From the human T2T-CHM13v2.0 reference genome, Homo sapiens: a stretch of DNA of 64,000 nucleotides. This document shows, piece by piece, positions 28,424 to 42,446 of the stretch. Both the position numbers and the translations under genes were made by a program. Each line of letters begins with the position of its first letter. Positions within the stretch are counted from its first letter, which is position 1. Under the pieces are notes generated by a model that was not told where the DNA came from, searched no databases, and worked only from the letters and a program-made list of their open reading frames with translations. The stretch lies in assembly GCF_009914755.1 (NCBI RefSeq), contig NC_060926.1. One strand, written 5' to 3'.

Positions 28424-28468
28424 TTCCTCCTTCCTTCCCCCCTTCCTTTCCCCCTTCCTTCCCCCCCA
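28424..28468. repeat. Polypyrimidine tandem repeat (~3.5 copies of CC(T/C)CCTTCCTT(C/T))
   Basis: Read directly from the sequence. Confidence 0.85.
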
Positions 28469-29219
28469 ATCTCTACACCAAGACTGCCAAGACTGGGCTG
28501 ATGGCCTACTTATTTCCAGAAGCACTTGTACAAGGTCACTTGGATAACAGTTTATATAATGGGATTCTGTTTCTAGTCCAGTAAATGTAATTTATGCTTG
28601 TGCGTTTCTATTAATTTTTAATTGCCTTCTTTCTCACCTCCCCCATCCCTGAGGCCTGTGTTTGTTTATAGATTTATTTAATTGTATTTGTTTCCTGAGT
28701 CATGTTTTTAGGTGATGTACTGCCTTGAGATGACACCACGTAATTGTGTCTTGAGGAGTGAGGCCTAGAGGGGAAAGCTCGGGAATTGGTAGATGCTTAG
28801 GATACTTATGGAGAAGAGGGCCAGGACTGGCACAGAGCCAGGGACCAGAGGGAGGGATGCTGGGGAGGGGGGTGTGTGTGAAATTATCCAAGAATGGTTT
28901 GCTAGAACAGTGTTTAAAATGTTTGATCAAAATGGTCAAAGAATACAAAATGTCCTTAGATTAGGTCCTGGTTCCTTTACTGTCCCTCCCCTTCTTGTTC
29001 TCATATTGATTGTGTGTTGAGTGGTAGGCACTAGAGATGCAGAAGTGAATATGGCCCATTCTGCCCAGGAGTCCTTGGTGTGTCAGACCTGTTATCACAC
29101 CGTGTGCTAAGTCAGATAAATGTGGGTGAGGTGGTGGTAACAGCAAGGGGGAAGAAATACAAGCAGCCCAACCTGGGTGGGGGCAGTGGGGTGGGAGGAA
29201 GAGGTGACACATTGGCGCT

Positions 29220-29845
29220 TTTTTGGTTGTTGTTGTTGCAGTCTCACTCTTGCCCAGGCTGGGTCGGAGTGCAGTGGTACATTTCAGCTCACTGCAGCCT
29301 CTGCCTCCCGGGTTCAAGCGCCTCAGCCTTCCTAGTAGCTGGGATTACAGACATGAGCCACCATACCCGGCTAATTTCGGGCCATTGGCTCTTCTGTTTT
29401 TATGTTGATAGCCCAGAATGGAAGCTATAGACTGTGAGAAAAAGACTTTGTTACTAATGATAATTTTGACTACTGGACTGGACTCCCCAGTCCCCTGGGA
29501 CACGTGGTAGTAATCCTGGTTCTCTTCCCCAGGGCAGCCTTGGGCAAGGCTCTGTCTCCCTGTGCCTTGGTCTCCTCTGCTGTAAAAGAGATATTAGAGT
29601 GGATGGTCTGTAAGGCCCTGGGAAAGAAATTCTTGGAGCTTCTTTCTGGTAATGAAATTGGGTCACAATCTATGTATGAATTCATGTGCATGTTGTTGAA
29701 AAACAAGTAAAAGAATGAGGTAAGCCAGGCGTGGTGGCACACTTGTAGTCCCAGCTACAAGCTGGTGGCTGAGGTGAGAGGATCACTTGAGCCCAGGAAT
29801 TCAAGACCAGATGGGGCAACACAGAACACAGGCCAGACCCTTTAC
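29220..29845. mobile_element. Antisense Alu right arm (~29220-29378) and sense Alu monomer (~29722-29845)
   Basis: Alu motifs in both orientations. Confidence 0.8.
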
Positions 29846-30712
29846 CCGCCCCCACGCCGTCACCCCCCACACACACCAAGAGTGAGATGGTACAGTTGGT
29901 GGGTAACGCTGGTTCTTTGATCCCTTTCCTTCACAGGAGAGCTGGGGTCTGGACCAGCCCTGTGCCACTGTCCCAACCCTGTGGCAGGTTGTAAAGTTGT
30001 GCTGATCTCCCTTCACTGCAGGCTGTGATGTTGGAGGGAAGGAAAAGCAGATTTTCTCCACCTGTAGCCAGCTCTGACAGGTGTTTAAGACGAGGCTAGT
30101 TTAAGCCCCAGCAGTCTCTCATCCTTTCGTATGAATAATCAAAACTGAGTCATCACAAAACATATCTGCAGGGGATTCTGCCTATGGTGCGGAAGTGTTA
30201 CCAGACCAGGACCCCTGGATACGTTAAACCATTGGGTGATTCCCGACTGGCCATTTTGTTGTCTACATTATTACTTTCTCATATCAATTTGGAAAGAAAA
30301 AAAAATTCGATTCCCCCTGCCTTTCCTTGGAATGGTTTACATCTTCCTGGATGGGTATCCACAAATGCAATAATTTTGGTACCTTAATTTTTTAGAACTA
30401 CAACTTTATTTGGGGATTCTCAATCCTCCTCGAGCAACGGTATTGTGTGGTAGAAAGTATAAGAGCTTAGACCCAAGGTTGGGACCAGAGTCCAAACACT
30501 GACTCCACTGGGATTAGCTCTGTGACCTCAAACTAATTGCCTCACATTTTTTAGTTTGTTGTGGAGATTAAATGAGATGAGAACATCCCAACATTAAAAA
30601 TGGGCAAAGGGCATGGGGGAGTAGGAAGACCAGGAAGGAAGCATATGAAAAGATGGCATCAATTAAAACAGGGAGATGTTCTTTTTTGGTAAAGATTAAA
30701 AAGGAGGACAGT

Positions 30713-31081
<369 letters not shown>

Positions 31082-31259
31082 TCAGTGTGACCTTTCTTTT
31101 TGGTGGGAGGTTAAGGGTGAGAGTGAGGGGAATAGCTTGATTCTATGCTAACTGACTTTAAAAGGTTGGGTTCCCTTCGTAATATGTTTCCTCCGGAAGT
31201 AACCAGATGATGATGTGTCTAGGAGGGTGTTTATGTGTTTTCAGTTATAGGAAAAATCA

Positions 31260-31601
<342 letters not shown>

Positions 31602-32262
31602 TTTGATAAGGCAGACCACATTTACCTATATTCTGGCAGGGGAGTTAGAGATCCGACAGAAGACAAACCACTCTTCCCCTGTGAACTGAATCTGCTTTAG
31701 AGAAATTAAGTCTTCGGGACAACAAAACCAACTAAAGTTGTAATCAATGGGCATCCAACTTGGAGTTCTTCGTTTTTTCCCTTATTTCATGTTCCTATGT
31801 GATGTGGTCAGTTTTCTGTTTTAAGTAGAGGGGACAGGAAAGAAAACACATTCCTCCAGTCCATCCAGCAGCAGCATTTGTGAAGCAGCCACAGCTTCAC
31901 ATACTTTCTTCCTAGCAGCCCTGGGCCCCACCAGCTCCTCCCTGCCCTTCTAGTGTGGCCTCAGAAGCTGTCTGTCCATGAACTGGCTGTGTCCATCTCT
32001 GCCTGCAGACGCTCTGTGCCGTACCCCATGTCTTGCCTGCCCTGCTTCTCTCTACATTTCTGAAATTTGCCCTGTTGGAAGCCCCACTAAGGTCCTGCCT
32101 TGACCCCTGCTGTTGACTAAAGGGCTGTCACGTATTTATTATCTCTGCCAATTCAGTGTATAGGACCCATGTTTTATACCCGCTTTTCCCCAAACCCCAG
32201 ACTTAAATAAAAATGTTCGTTGTTAGAAATGACTCTGGGTTGGTGATGTAGAGATCTATAAC

Positions 32263-33100
32263 TTGTGCCAGTTTTTAAGTATTGCCTTCCTGCTCCAAAT
32301 TCACCCTCAGTTGCCTGATCTCTGAAAATGGGTCTGGGCCCTTTAAATGTTTTTTCTTTGCCTTTTGTAAGTAGAGGGCTCTGAAGGGGACCTTGTAGGA
32401 GGAAGGGATTTTTCTTCCTGATTTCATATGTGTGCATGCGCATGCTTTTCCTGCACTCCTATATTCCTGCAGGGCACACCTTTCTCCAGCATCTGTTGCT
32501 CTGTTTTCTGCAGCTCTGGCATCGGTGGTACCAGGAGCCTAAGACTGGGTGGTCCTTATCCAACCCAGATCATTGCTTCCTACAGCCTCTCAGCCCCCAT
32601 GTGTGTACCCCAAGCCCCCCTGGTGCTGGCCATCTGGTGAGCTAGCCACCTGATCTTTGTCCTCAGCACAACCCTAAGCTGCTCTGGCCTAGGGTATACA
32701 TTGACGTGGTAAGCTCCTATGGAGGGAGGCCTCTTCACTCTGGTCCAGCAGCACCTGATGACTCCCTGTGTGTGCCCCTCCTTCCTTCTGTCTGCTTGAC
32801 TGTCTACACCCAGACTTGCTTGCCTGTACCCTAGAGGGTTGCCCCTGCTGCTTGGTGACTGTGGGGGATCTCTGGCCTAGGTACCCAGGAGTTTTTCTGC
32901 CATCTATACTTTCTTCAACAAACTCAGAAAAAACCCCTGCCCTACCAAATTTTGGGAGATATTTTTCATCTGTTCCAGGGCATCCTTTAGATTGTTATTT
33001 CATCTTTATAGTTTACTCAAGTGTCATATTTATTGTATTAAACTTCCCTTTCTTAGATTACTGTTTGGTTTCTACCTGCTGGTTGAACCCAGACTGAAAA
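32263..33100 (-). mobile_element. ERVL-type solo LTR (LTR41/LTR33-like)
   Basis: CTCCAAATTCACCCT...GAAAATGGGTCTGGGCCCTTTAAAT at one end; ATTACTGTTTGGTTTCTACCTGCTGGTTGAACCCAGACTGA at the other. Confidence 0.65.
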
Positions 33101-33339
33101 ACATTCTATGCAGCTCACCTAAGCAGGCAGAAGGATGAATCAGAGAGAAGTCTTTAGAGATTTCTGAGGGCTCACTGAGAGCCTGCCAGAGTACACTTGC
33201 TTGTACACAGGTCCTAGAGGTTGGAGTGGAAGCATTTACCAAGCCACGTACAAGCTCTTAACCAAGGGCTTCCAATATGCATTAAGCTCCCCAAAAAGGG
33301 ACTGCTTGCATTCCGGTGTTTTTTTTCTAAAATGACTGT

Positions 33340-33532
33340 CAGCTGGGGCAACATGAGGAGACCTCGTCTCTACAAAAAAATTTAAAAAATTAGTTGGGTG
33401 TGGTGGCACATCCCAGCTGCTCGAGAGGCTGAGGTGGAAGGATCGCTTGGGCCTGGGAGGTTGAGGCTGCAGTGATCAGGCAACTGTAGTCTAGCCTGGG
33501 CGACAGCGGAGACCCTGTCTCAAAAACAAAAA
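33340..33532 (+). mobile_element. Partial AluJ, sense
   Basis: Linker and right arm with A-tail. Confidence 0.85.
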
Positions 33533-34919
33533 ATGATTGTCCCACCTTAGGTAAGTAGATGCCCCCAGGTTGCAAATCTGTACTAAGGATCTTCCTCTAG
33601 ATATGCTTCCCATGACTGTCATGGCCTTGTAGGTTACAATTGCTGGAGGTCCATCCCTCTCCAGAAAGGAGGTAGAGATGCCCCATTTTGGGATAAGGGT
33701 GCAGGAGGGATAATGGGTCTGCTGCGGAAGAAGATGGCACCCTCACCTGGAAGCACTGCTCAATCCCACACACCTGCACACCCATGAGTCTGCTGCCTTT
33801 GGTGGTCTGGGGCTGACTGTGGGAAATGAGGGGGCGGCTGTACTTCTCACCCCAGTTTACCTCTTCAGATCTTGCCCCCACCCTCACGTCTAACATGGAG
33901 TCAGCACTGCTGAAATTCTTATCTCCCCTAAGTCTAGCAAGTTATTTAAATTTTTCTGTTACCCTTTAGTTCTTAATAAGTGAGACAGTTTTCTATAAAC
34001 ATGTCTGTAATTCAGCACACATGTGATTTTTCCATTGTCATCTCTTAGGAGAAAGGGTGTATATATATATATAATCTGGTTTCTACTGAACACTGTGTTC
34101 AGTAAACTTGTCCAGATGACCAAAGTATCTGTTCCTTTAGCAAATGCTGGGTAAGTCTCAGGTACCACGTGCTGGAGTGTAATGGTGGTGCAGTGTGAAG
34201 ACCTTGACTGCGGAGGGTTCCCAGGCAGAGGCATCCTGATCAGGAGCAGATACCCTGACTCCTGGGCAATGAGGCTGGTGTTTAGGCTGGGGCATACCCT
34301 TGGGCAGGAAATCTCTAAGAGAAAGAAGTGATGAAACCCTGAGTTCAACCTCTGGGAATGGAGAAGAAAGGAGTTCTAGAAAACAACAGACACATAGCTA
34401 GAGTTAGGCTCTGAGGGAACAGTAGCATATTGGTGGTGGTCTGGGGGAACTGTGGGAACAGCATGAGCAGGGAGGGTGTGTCCAGGGGACTGAAGACTTG
34501 GGAAATAAGACATATTTGGGAACATAGTGGGAAAGGAGGCTGTAGGCTATTGCAGGCTCTGGAATAGAGGAGAGATGAGGAGGGAGCTACCAGTGGCGTA
34601 ATAGAAGCACCTGGCTCCTGGCTGAATGCGCAGAGCAGGAAGCAACTCAAGGTAATGTGGGGTTTTCACCAGGTGCCTGAGAACTTGATCCATTGCACAC
34701 AGAGGCCCGAGGAAGAGGGACTCTGCAAGGCATGTGGAAGCTAATATCTGGAGTTAGTTTGTTGACCCATGAACCCTCCTTTTGGAGGTGATGCTCATGG
34801 CATTGAATGGAGGAGTTTGTAGAGAGAAGACTACTAAAGAGGCAGTGAAGGACGGAACTTTGAGAAATGTGCTTCGTTTAGGGTTTGGTGGAAAAGGCAG
34901 ACCCCTGAAGAGCTATTGG

Positions 34920-35030
34920 AGGTTGTATCATCCCATTTTACAAAGGAGGAAAGTGAGGCTTAGAGAGGTCGGGTAACTTGCCTAAGGTCACACAGCCAGT
35001 AGGTAGCATAACCAGAATTTAATCCTGGTC
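34920..35030. mobile_element. MIR core
   Basis: ATCCCATTTTACAAAGGAGGAAAGTGAGGCTTAGAGAGG...AACTTGCCTAAGGTCACACAGC. Confidence 0.85.
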
Positions 35031-36622
35031 CTGTCACTCCAGATGCCAAACTGGTTTTCCAGTCTGAAAATGGATCTGGGACATCTCCATCCTCAAACGT
35101 CTGCTACCCTTATTTTTAAATTGCATAATCTTTCCACCTAGACCTAAAACCCTCTTTAGTTTACTAAAGGCAGGGCAGAATGGCCTCTGGGAGGGTTAAT
35201 TCCCTTCTCCTCTTTTCCTCAAAGGTTCTGTATGTGTTTATTTGAAGAATACTTCTAGTGGCTAATTTGATTTGAAATGATGAATATCATTTGAGAAAAT
35301 CGGCCACACTGGGCTTTCGGGGGGTTGTAATCAGTGGGGGCCAGAATATGTCCTGCCAGATGCTTTGATCTATAATGTTGCCTGTGGGACTGTGTAGGTG
35401 AGTAGATTCATTATAAATACGTTTCCCTTTTAATTTGAACATGAAGGCTAAAAGTAATGGCTGGGAACCAAATTCCTTAAATCTAGCTGACAATAGTTCT
35501 GTGACTTACAGACTGGAGAGCAGAGGTAGACCATCATCTTAGCTGAGTGCCAGCCTCTTGGTGAGGGAGTCCAGGGAGTCCTGAGGCTCCCTTGCCCCGG
35601 TGAAAACCCAGGCCAGGCCTCTTTCCGCAATCAAGGAACAAGCTGTAGGTGTGGCCCAGCTCTTCTGGTCCCACTGAGCTGCTCCACTCACACCCTTATC
35701 ACTCCACCATCTGCCAGCAGTGCTGGGAGCTATTCTCTCCCCTAGAGCCATTTAGCTGCAAACTGTCTCTGTCTCTGTTTATCCGAGCAGAACCTGGAAG
35801 GGGCTGGCAAGGACTAGGCAACAGATGGGACAGCCAGAGAGGTGAGGACTTAGGTAAACCACTCTTGCCAGACTCCCGGAGGTGGTGGGGAGGGAAAGGG
35901 CAGAGTGAACGTGCTCCTCTGGCCTCGTGATATGGCAGGGGGCTTGGGCTCTTTCTGAGGATTTGTGTGTCCTGTTGGAGCAGGAAAGTGAACAGGAACC
36001 AGGATGCCCTCTAGAGATGGAGGCTGCTAGCTCTGACACTCCTGGGGTTTAGTCAGAAGCTTGGATTTCCAGCCCCTTTCTCTCAGCCTGAGTGGGTGGG
36101 GGTGACTGGTCATTTTATTTCACGGTTACAAGGAGGCCTTGCTTTTCTTTCATCCTTAATCTTGGTAGTAGGAGAAAGTGCAGGGCAGCCTTGGCACAGG
36201 TCTTGGGTCTGGCTTGTACGTATTGCTCGTTCTGTCCCTGGCTAGTTACTGTCGGGCATCTTTTTAGCTTGCCTGAGCCCATGGCGGGGGAGTCAGACCC
36301 TGCCTGAGTTCTGGGAGAGAGTCCTCATGGCTGTTGGTGGCCACATTCAAATGTTTTCTGGCCAGCAGTTTTGCTTCAGTGCTACAGGGCTCTCAGAATT
36401 GAAGGGAACCTTTTTAGGGTCATTGGGTTCAGGGATTCCCAGTCTAGTGTCCATGAGTGAAACGTTGGAATTGTTTCAGTATTTGAGTCCTAAGGAAAAC
36501 AGCCTGTGTGGGCTAAGTAGGTATTGAAGACCTTTGCTTTGGTCAGAGTGAAACCAGCTGAAGGTCATCTCATGTGGATGGGTGGGAGGGAGGCCTGGGG
36601 GAGGAGGGATCATAGCTTCTGA

Positions 36623-36929
36623 TTTTTCTTTTTTTTTGTTTTTTTTAAAGAGATAGGGTCTCACTCTGTCACTCAGCCTGGAGTACGGTGGTACAATCTC
36701 AGCTCACTGCTGCCTGGATCTTCTGGGTTCAAGCAGCCCTCCCACCTCAGCCTCCTGAGTGGCTGGGACCACAGGTGCATGCCACTACACCCAGCTAATT
36801 TTTTTTTAATGTAGACATGGGGTCTCGCTATGTTGCCCAGGTTGGTCTCGAACTCCTGGGCTCAAGCAATCCTCTCACCCTGGCTTCCTAAAGTGTTGGG
36901 GTTACAGGCGTGAGCCATGGCACCCAGCC
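36623..36929 (-). mobile_element. AluJ, antisense
   Basis: Full body; TSD CATAGCTTC(T/C)GATT. Confidence 0.93.
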
Positions 36930-39564
36930 CATAGCTTCCGATTAATAGAACGGTGGGACAGTAGGAAAATGGGCGCCCTTGAAAACCATGGTTTTGCATG
37001 GGAGAAAAAAAAATTAAAAACAGCCTCTTAGCTAAGAAACTAAGGTCTTGAGAAATTGGCTTCCCCGGGGTCATAAAGTCCACGTGAGTCACTGTCTGTT
37101 TTCACAGCTTGGTAATCTTTCCCATGTTCCAGTACAATGTGTAGAAGAAACTAGAACTAGAAGGCCTGGGCGCAAGCCCTGACTCCATCACTTGCTGGCT
37201 GGGAACCTGGGACTCTCAAAGCCTCATTTTTTCTCATTTTCTTTTAGGGGAGAGATGAGTGGGGGCTGCATTTTGCCCAGAGCCTAGCCTGTAGAGTCAC
37301 TAATGTTACTTAAGATAGTACACTGCCTCCCATATCTGATGGTTGACTCGTAGTTTTGTGGGTGAAAATGTATAAATACAGAGCTTTTAAAAAGTTACTT
37401 TAAGAAGATTAACCATGGAAAATTAGACACAAATCCCTTCAGTTCCTGCGGTCATAACCATACGCAGCAGCGTTTGCTTCCGTGATTGTGTGATGGTTGA
37501 AAACTCGCACTCTGGAGCTATCATTGCCTGGGTTTGAGTCCTGGCTCTACCATTTACCAGCTGTGTGACATTGGACAAGTTCAGTCACTTGTCCACCCAC
37601 CCCGTGCCCCCTACCCTGTGCCTCAGCGAAATAAGCAGTGGGAATTTAGAGTATCTGCCTCAAAGGATTGCTGGTGCTTGGTACATATTTGTTAAGGCAG
37701 GTGTGTTCATGTTTCACTATTACATGTAGGAGCCCTTAGGACGTGGCACAGGCACAAGGGAAGGTGTGCAGGTAATAGGGATGGGTGTTGTGACAGCCTC
37801 TATGCAGCACTGTAGGGGTCGAATACGGCGATGCTGACACAGGCTGGGGGTGGGCTGTGGAACAGGGAACCCCGCATGGGGCTGTGTGCTGTATCCCGGT
37901 CCCCAGCGTGCGGCGGAAGAGGCTGCTTACAGGGCAGACCTTTGGGCAGCGTTAAAGGATGTGAAAACACCCTCTCATCCCACCACCCTGAATAAACCCA
38001 CTTTGTTTTTGTGTAGTATTTTATCTAGATTGTCACATAGTTTCAGCATCATGTCTACTGTTTTGTAAGCCATTTTTCAGCTAAGGTTTTCTCTGTTATA
38101 CTGTCTTTCTAAATATTTTCATTTCATTAAACAAAACCAACTGAAGTTTCAAAACTGTTCTGTCCCTGTTGGGGACAAGGTAAAAAGCTAAGGTTGCTTT
38201 GTGTTTGTATATGGGGTTTTCTCTTATTTCTGTTACAACAGAAAGTCTGTGTTTCACAGCGAGAGTTTATAACATCTTCCCCCAGCTTTGGGGTGAGTTT
38301 TCTTAAATTCTTCTTACGCAATGTAACTTCCTGCTGAAGAAAGGACATTGGAATTGGGTTTTCTGTCTGCGATGGGAATGTTTAGTCAGATATTTAGAGA
38401 GCTTTTTCCCACAGATATTTTTATGGGGGTCACTGCTTTATCCTCCTTTCCATGAACTTGGCTTTGTTCTAAGAGCCTACTAGAAGCCGAGTTCTCATGC
38501 AAGACACTGTGCCCAGGTCACAAGTGCACGATGACATTTAACCTTGATGGAAATGTGCAGTTGAGAATCTTGTTTTCTCCACCTTCCTCTTCAGATTGGC
38601 TTGAAAGAAATACCCTTTAGCAAGTAATGGGAAGAGTTGCCTCAAATTGAGCCTTTGGGAATCTGAAGTCTTTTACAAGAAAGGCTGATCTGTTTCCTGA
38701 GGTGGGGCTGGGAGCTTGTAGGTGCCCCCATTTCTCTTTCTTTGGAGCCTCTTTAACTATCAATGTACCATGATCCCGTGCCATAATCAGCCTGTGGGAC
38801 TTCACTGTTGACCTGGTCCAGGTAACTAGAATGTGGTTGAGCCTCATAGAAAAAAGAGATCCAGAGAGTCCTGGATTGGGAGCCAGAAGGTGGTCTTGTC
38901 TAAGCCTTGTCACGTAACTCTTCCATAATATTCAGGCAAATCATCAGTCCCCTCTGAGCTTCCATTTTCTCCTGGTAAAGTGGCATCCCGTGCAATGAGA
39001 AATGAGCAGGAAAATGCCCTGCGGGCTGGAGGCCTTGAGCACTTAAATGAAAGTTGAGGGTGGTGTTCCCGGGAAGGCCATTCATTAGTCCCTGTGTCTT
39101 GAGCCAAGGTGATGTGAGAACTGTACCTTGACGTGGCCTTGATTGAGGAAATAAAAGGCTGAATTGTAGCAGATGAAGTTGGAAATCTTGCCAGGGGTCA
39201 GCAAGCTTATTCCTCAAAGCATCCTCAAAAGAAGGATTGGTGTTTTCCGTGATAGAGGCTTCAAGTGGTTATGGCTGGATTCCAGTTATTCATGGCCTCT
39301 CCCATAATCTAGATGTATAAACTTGTTAAATTATCTGGAGTCATTTTTACATGTTATTCACTCTGTATCTTTCCTAGGAGAATTAGCTCTGGAAGTTCAC
39401 AGCCTCCTATGTAAAGTACTGTGCTTCCCTTTTTTCTTCCCTAAGCTGTCCTCTTTTACTCCAGAAATTTTGGTAAAGGTCTATTAATGTTTAAATCCCT
39501 TTACTGAGTTAAATTTTTGCCAGGTATTAAGCTGTTCATAGTATGTGCTGTTTTTTCCTGAGTA

Positions 39565-39805
39565 GTTTTGCTCTGTCACCCAGGCTGGAGTGCAGTGGCA
39601 CGATCTCAGCTCACTGCAACCTCAGCCTCCCAAGTAGCTTGGACTACAGGAGTGCACCACCATGCCTTTTTTGTATTTTTAGTAGAGGCAGGGTTTTGCT
39701 GTGTTGGCCAGGCTGGTCTCAAACTCCTGGCCTCAAGTGATCTGCCCACCTCGGCCTACCAAAGCAAAGTGCTGGGTTTACAGGCGTGAGTCACTCTGCC
39801 TGGCC
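39565..39805 (-). mobile_element. Internally deleted Alu, antisense
   Basis: Alu body with a gap in the right arm. Confidence 0.88.
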
Positions 39806-40004
39806 CCTTTGCAAATCTTTTTCTTCATTGTAGTTTTTCACCATCACACATTTCCTGTTGCCCTTCCTTCCAGACTAGGAAGGGCCTGAGACCTAGAGAC
39901 AGCAGTACTGGGTCAAGGGCTCACTTTAGCATTAGGAGAATTGTCCCAAGTTAGAGAGAACCTTTTCTTTTTGAGAAGTATTTGAGAAATAACTGGAGTT
40001 ATCA

Positions 40005-40570
40005 CGGAAGTCTCCAAAGGTATGAGGTTAGGTTTTTCAAGAGTAGTTTTGTGGGCAGGGGACCAGGGAGTGGGTGCTGCTGATTGGCTGTGGATGCAAT
40101 CAAAGCCATGTGCTGAGTCTGCAGGGGTTGGGGGGAGTCATGAGTCTCTAGTCTGGGTGGGGTAAGTCTGAGAAACATTCAGAAGACCAATCTTAGTTTC
40201 TATAATAGTGGTGTTAACTACAGGAGCACTTGGGGAAGTCAAAGATCTTGTGGCCTCTGGCCACATGACTTCTGAGCAATACGGGATTATAAAAACTGTG
40301 CTTACATTTTAGCAGAATTCAGGCCCCTCTCAATCCTAATCTTGTGACCTTTCATTAGCCTCAGCCCCCTGAACAAGGAAGGGATCAGTTTTATGGAGGG
40401 ACTGTTACCATCTTTGCTTCGAAGTTAAACTGTAAACTAAATTTCTCCCGTGGTTAGCTTGGCCTATGCCCAGGAATGAGTGGAGACAGCTAGCCTGTGA
40501 GGGTAGACGCAAGATGGAGTCAGCCATGCTAGATTTCTTACTGTCCATAATCTTTGCAAAGGTGGTTTCA
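40005..40570 (-). mobile_element. ERV1 LTR (LTR8 family-like), truncated
   Basis: The - strand begins TGAAACCACCTTTGCAAAGATTATG...CATGGCTGACTCCATCTTG, typical of the LTR8/MER4 group. Confidence 0.8.
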
Positions 40571-42159
40571 GCAGTAGTAAATACAAGCAACCAGATAAAG
40601 GTCTACTAGGCAGATCTTTACAGACACACAATAGCTTGTGAATTCCTGTTGATCTCATCTGGGCTCTCTAATATGTAATAGTTTTACAGCATTCTCAGCA
40701 TGACAAATATTTTTCTACTTTACCGTTTGTTAGAATCCAGTGAACTTAAAAATCCTCTCCTTTCAAAAAGCAAATACTAGATTAAAATAGTTGCAAAGCT
40801 TTCTTTTAGGGATTGGAGAAGTGTAGCTACCTTTTGGCATGGTACAGACTTGGAATCTGTTTGCCTTGGCTGGTATTCCAGTCTGCCCTTCTTTAAATGT
40901 GTACCTCCTCAGGTATAAAATGGGAATGAGTAATAGTACCTAAGGATAAATTCCCAGTTGAATTAACCTGATAAGAAAATCTTCAGCTCTTTATAGAACA
41001 TTGCCATCCCACTTTTTTGGGCTATCTTTTAATGTCACCTTGGTTTAAATGTTCATTCTTGTATAGGTCATCCATGTCAATAGTGTTAGAACCTTGGATA
41101 TCCCCAGCAAACCATCTCATTACTCATTCTTTATTCTTCCATTGCCCACAGCCTGAAATCTTTTGATATTTCACTAAAATATCATTTGTATTTCCCTTTT
41201 TGCTACAAACAATAGAGATCTTAAATATACACTTCAGGTTTGACATATGCATACATCCGTGGAGCCTTCATCAGGATCAAGACCTACATGGTACATTTCT
41301 GTACCCCAGGAAGTTCCTTCCTATCCTTCTCTAAGCCCACCACCTCCATCACTTTCAGATTTCTAGAACCTAAATTCATTTTGCCTGTTCTTGAAGTTAA
41401 TATAAATGAAAATTTGGGTCTGGCCTTCATTCACAATGTAATGTTGTAATGTTTCATCCACAATAGTTTCCCTTTCTATTGCCGAGGGGGTATACCATTG
41501 TATGCAGATGCCACAGTTTGATCATCTGTTCTGTTGATATTGGGCTGTTGCCAGTTCTTGGCTATTGGGATAAAGCTGTCCTGAGTCTGCTTTCATTTTC
41601 TCTGTCTGAGATGCTCTGTGGTTCCTGTCTCCTGCTTCCTAGCCCTGCAACCTTGGGCAAGTGTCTTAATCTCTCTGCTTTGGTTTCCTTATCTGTAAAA
41701 TGGTAGGTTGGAAAATAACTCAGGGTTGGGACTAACATTAAAAAAAAGAGAGAGAGATAGGGTCAGACATGCCTATAATCCCAGCACTTTGGGAGGCTGA
41801 GGTGGGAGGATCACCTTAGGTTGGGAGTTTGAGCCCAGCCTGAGCAACGTAACCAGTCCCTGTTTCTACATTTTAAAATCTCAAAGTTTTTCAAATGAAA
41901 TAGAAGAGAACTTGAGAGTGAATGACATGGAACTGCACACAATGCGTCACACATGTAAATAGAGTTTTGTGTATGTATGTGTATACTAAACACAGTATAA
42001 AAATGTATTTGTTATAATTTAGGCAAATCGGTTTGCCAAGCACTGTATGTGCCATTGTAAGCAAGGAAGTTGAACTCTCCTGAGGTTATTTAGTAATAGG
42101 TATTTCTAGCTTCAGCATGTCTCAAACAGTCACTTACATAGTGCTTGCTGTGAGCCACG

Positions 42160-42350
42160 CGCTATTTTAAAAGCTTTCCATATAACATCATATACTCACA
42201 ACCATCCTTTGAAGTGGGCTTGATTCCCATTTTATATATGGAGAAGTTGAGACAGGGACTATCCCACTTGCCCATGATCACAAAGCTAGAAAGGAAGGGC
42301 CAAGATTTGAACCTAGGCAGTGCAAGTGTAGAGTCTTTGCTGTAAACCAC
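42160..42350. mobile_element. MIR remnant just upstream of the coding-exon acceptor
   Basis: CCCATTTTATATATGGAGAAGTTGAG...CACTTGCCCATGATCACA...GATTTGAACCTAGGCAG. Confidence 0.75.
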
Positions 42351-42446
42351 TATTCCTGGGGAGACAGGTAAAATAAATTGTATGTGCAAATGCAAATTGA
42401 TAAGTAATTGATACAATACTCCACCCCTTTATTCCAGATATGAGAA

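Noticed and set aside
31621-31645. TTACCT...CTGGCAGGGGAG resembling the U1 snRNA 5' end
   Set aside because: Only ~12 contiguous nt match and no further U1 body follows; likely chance.
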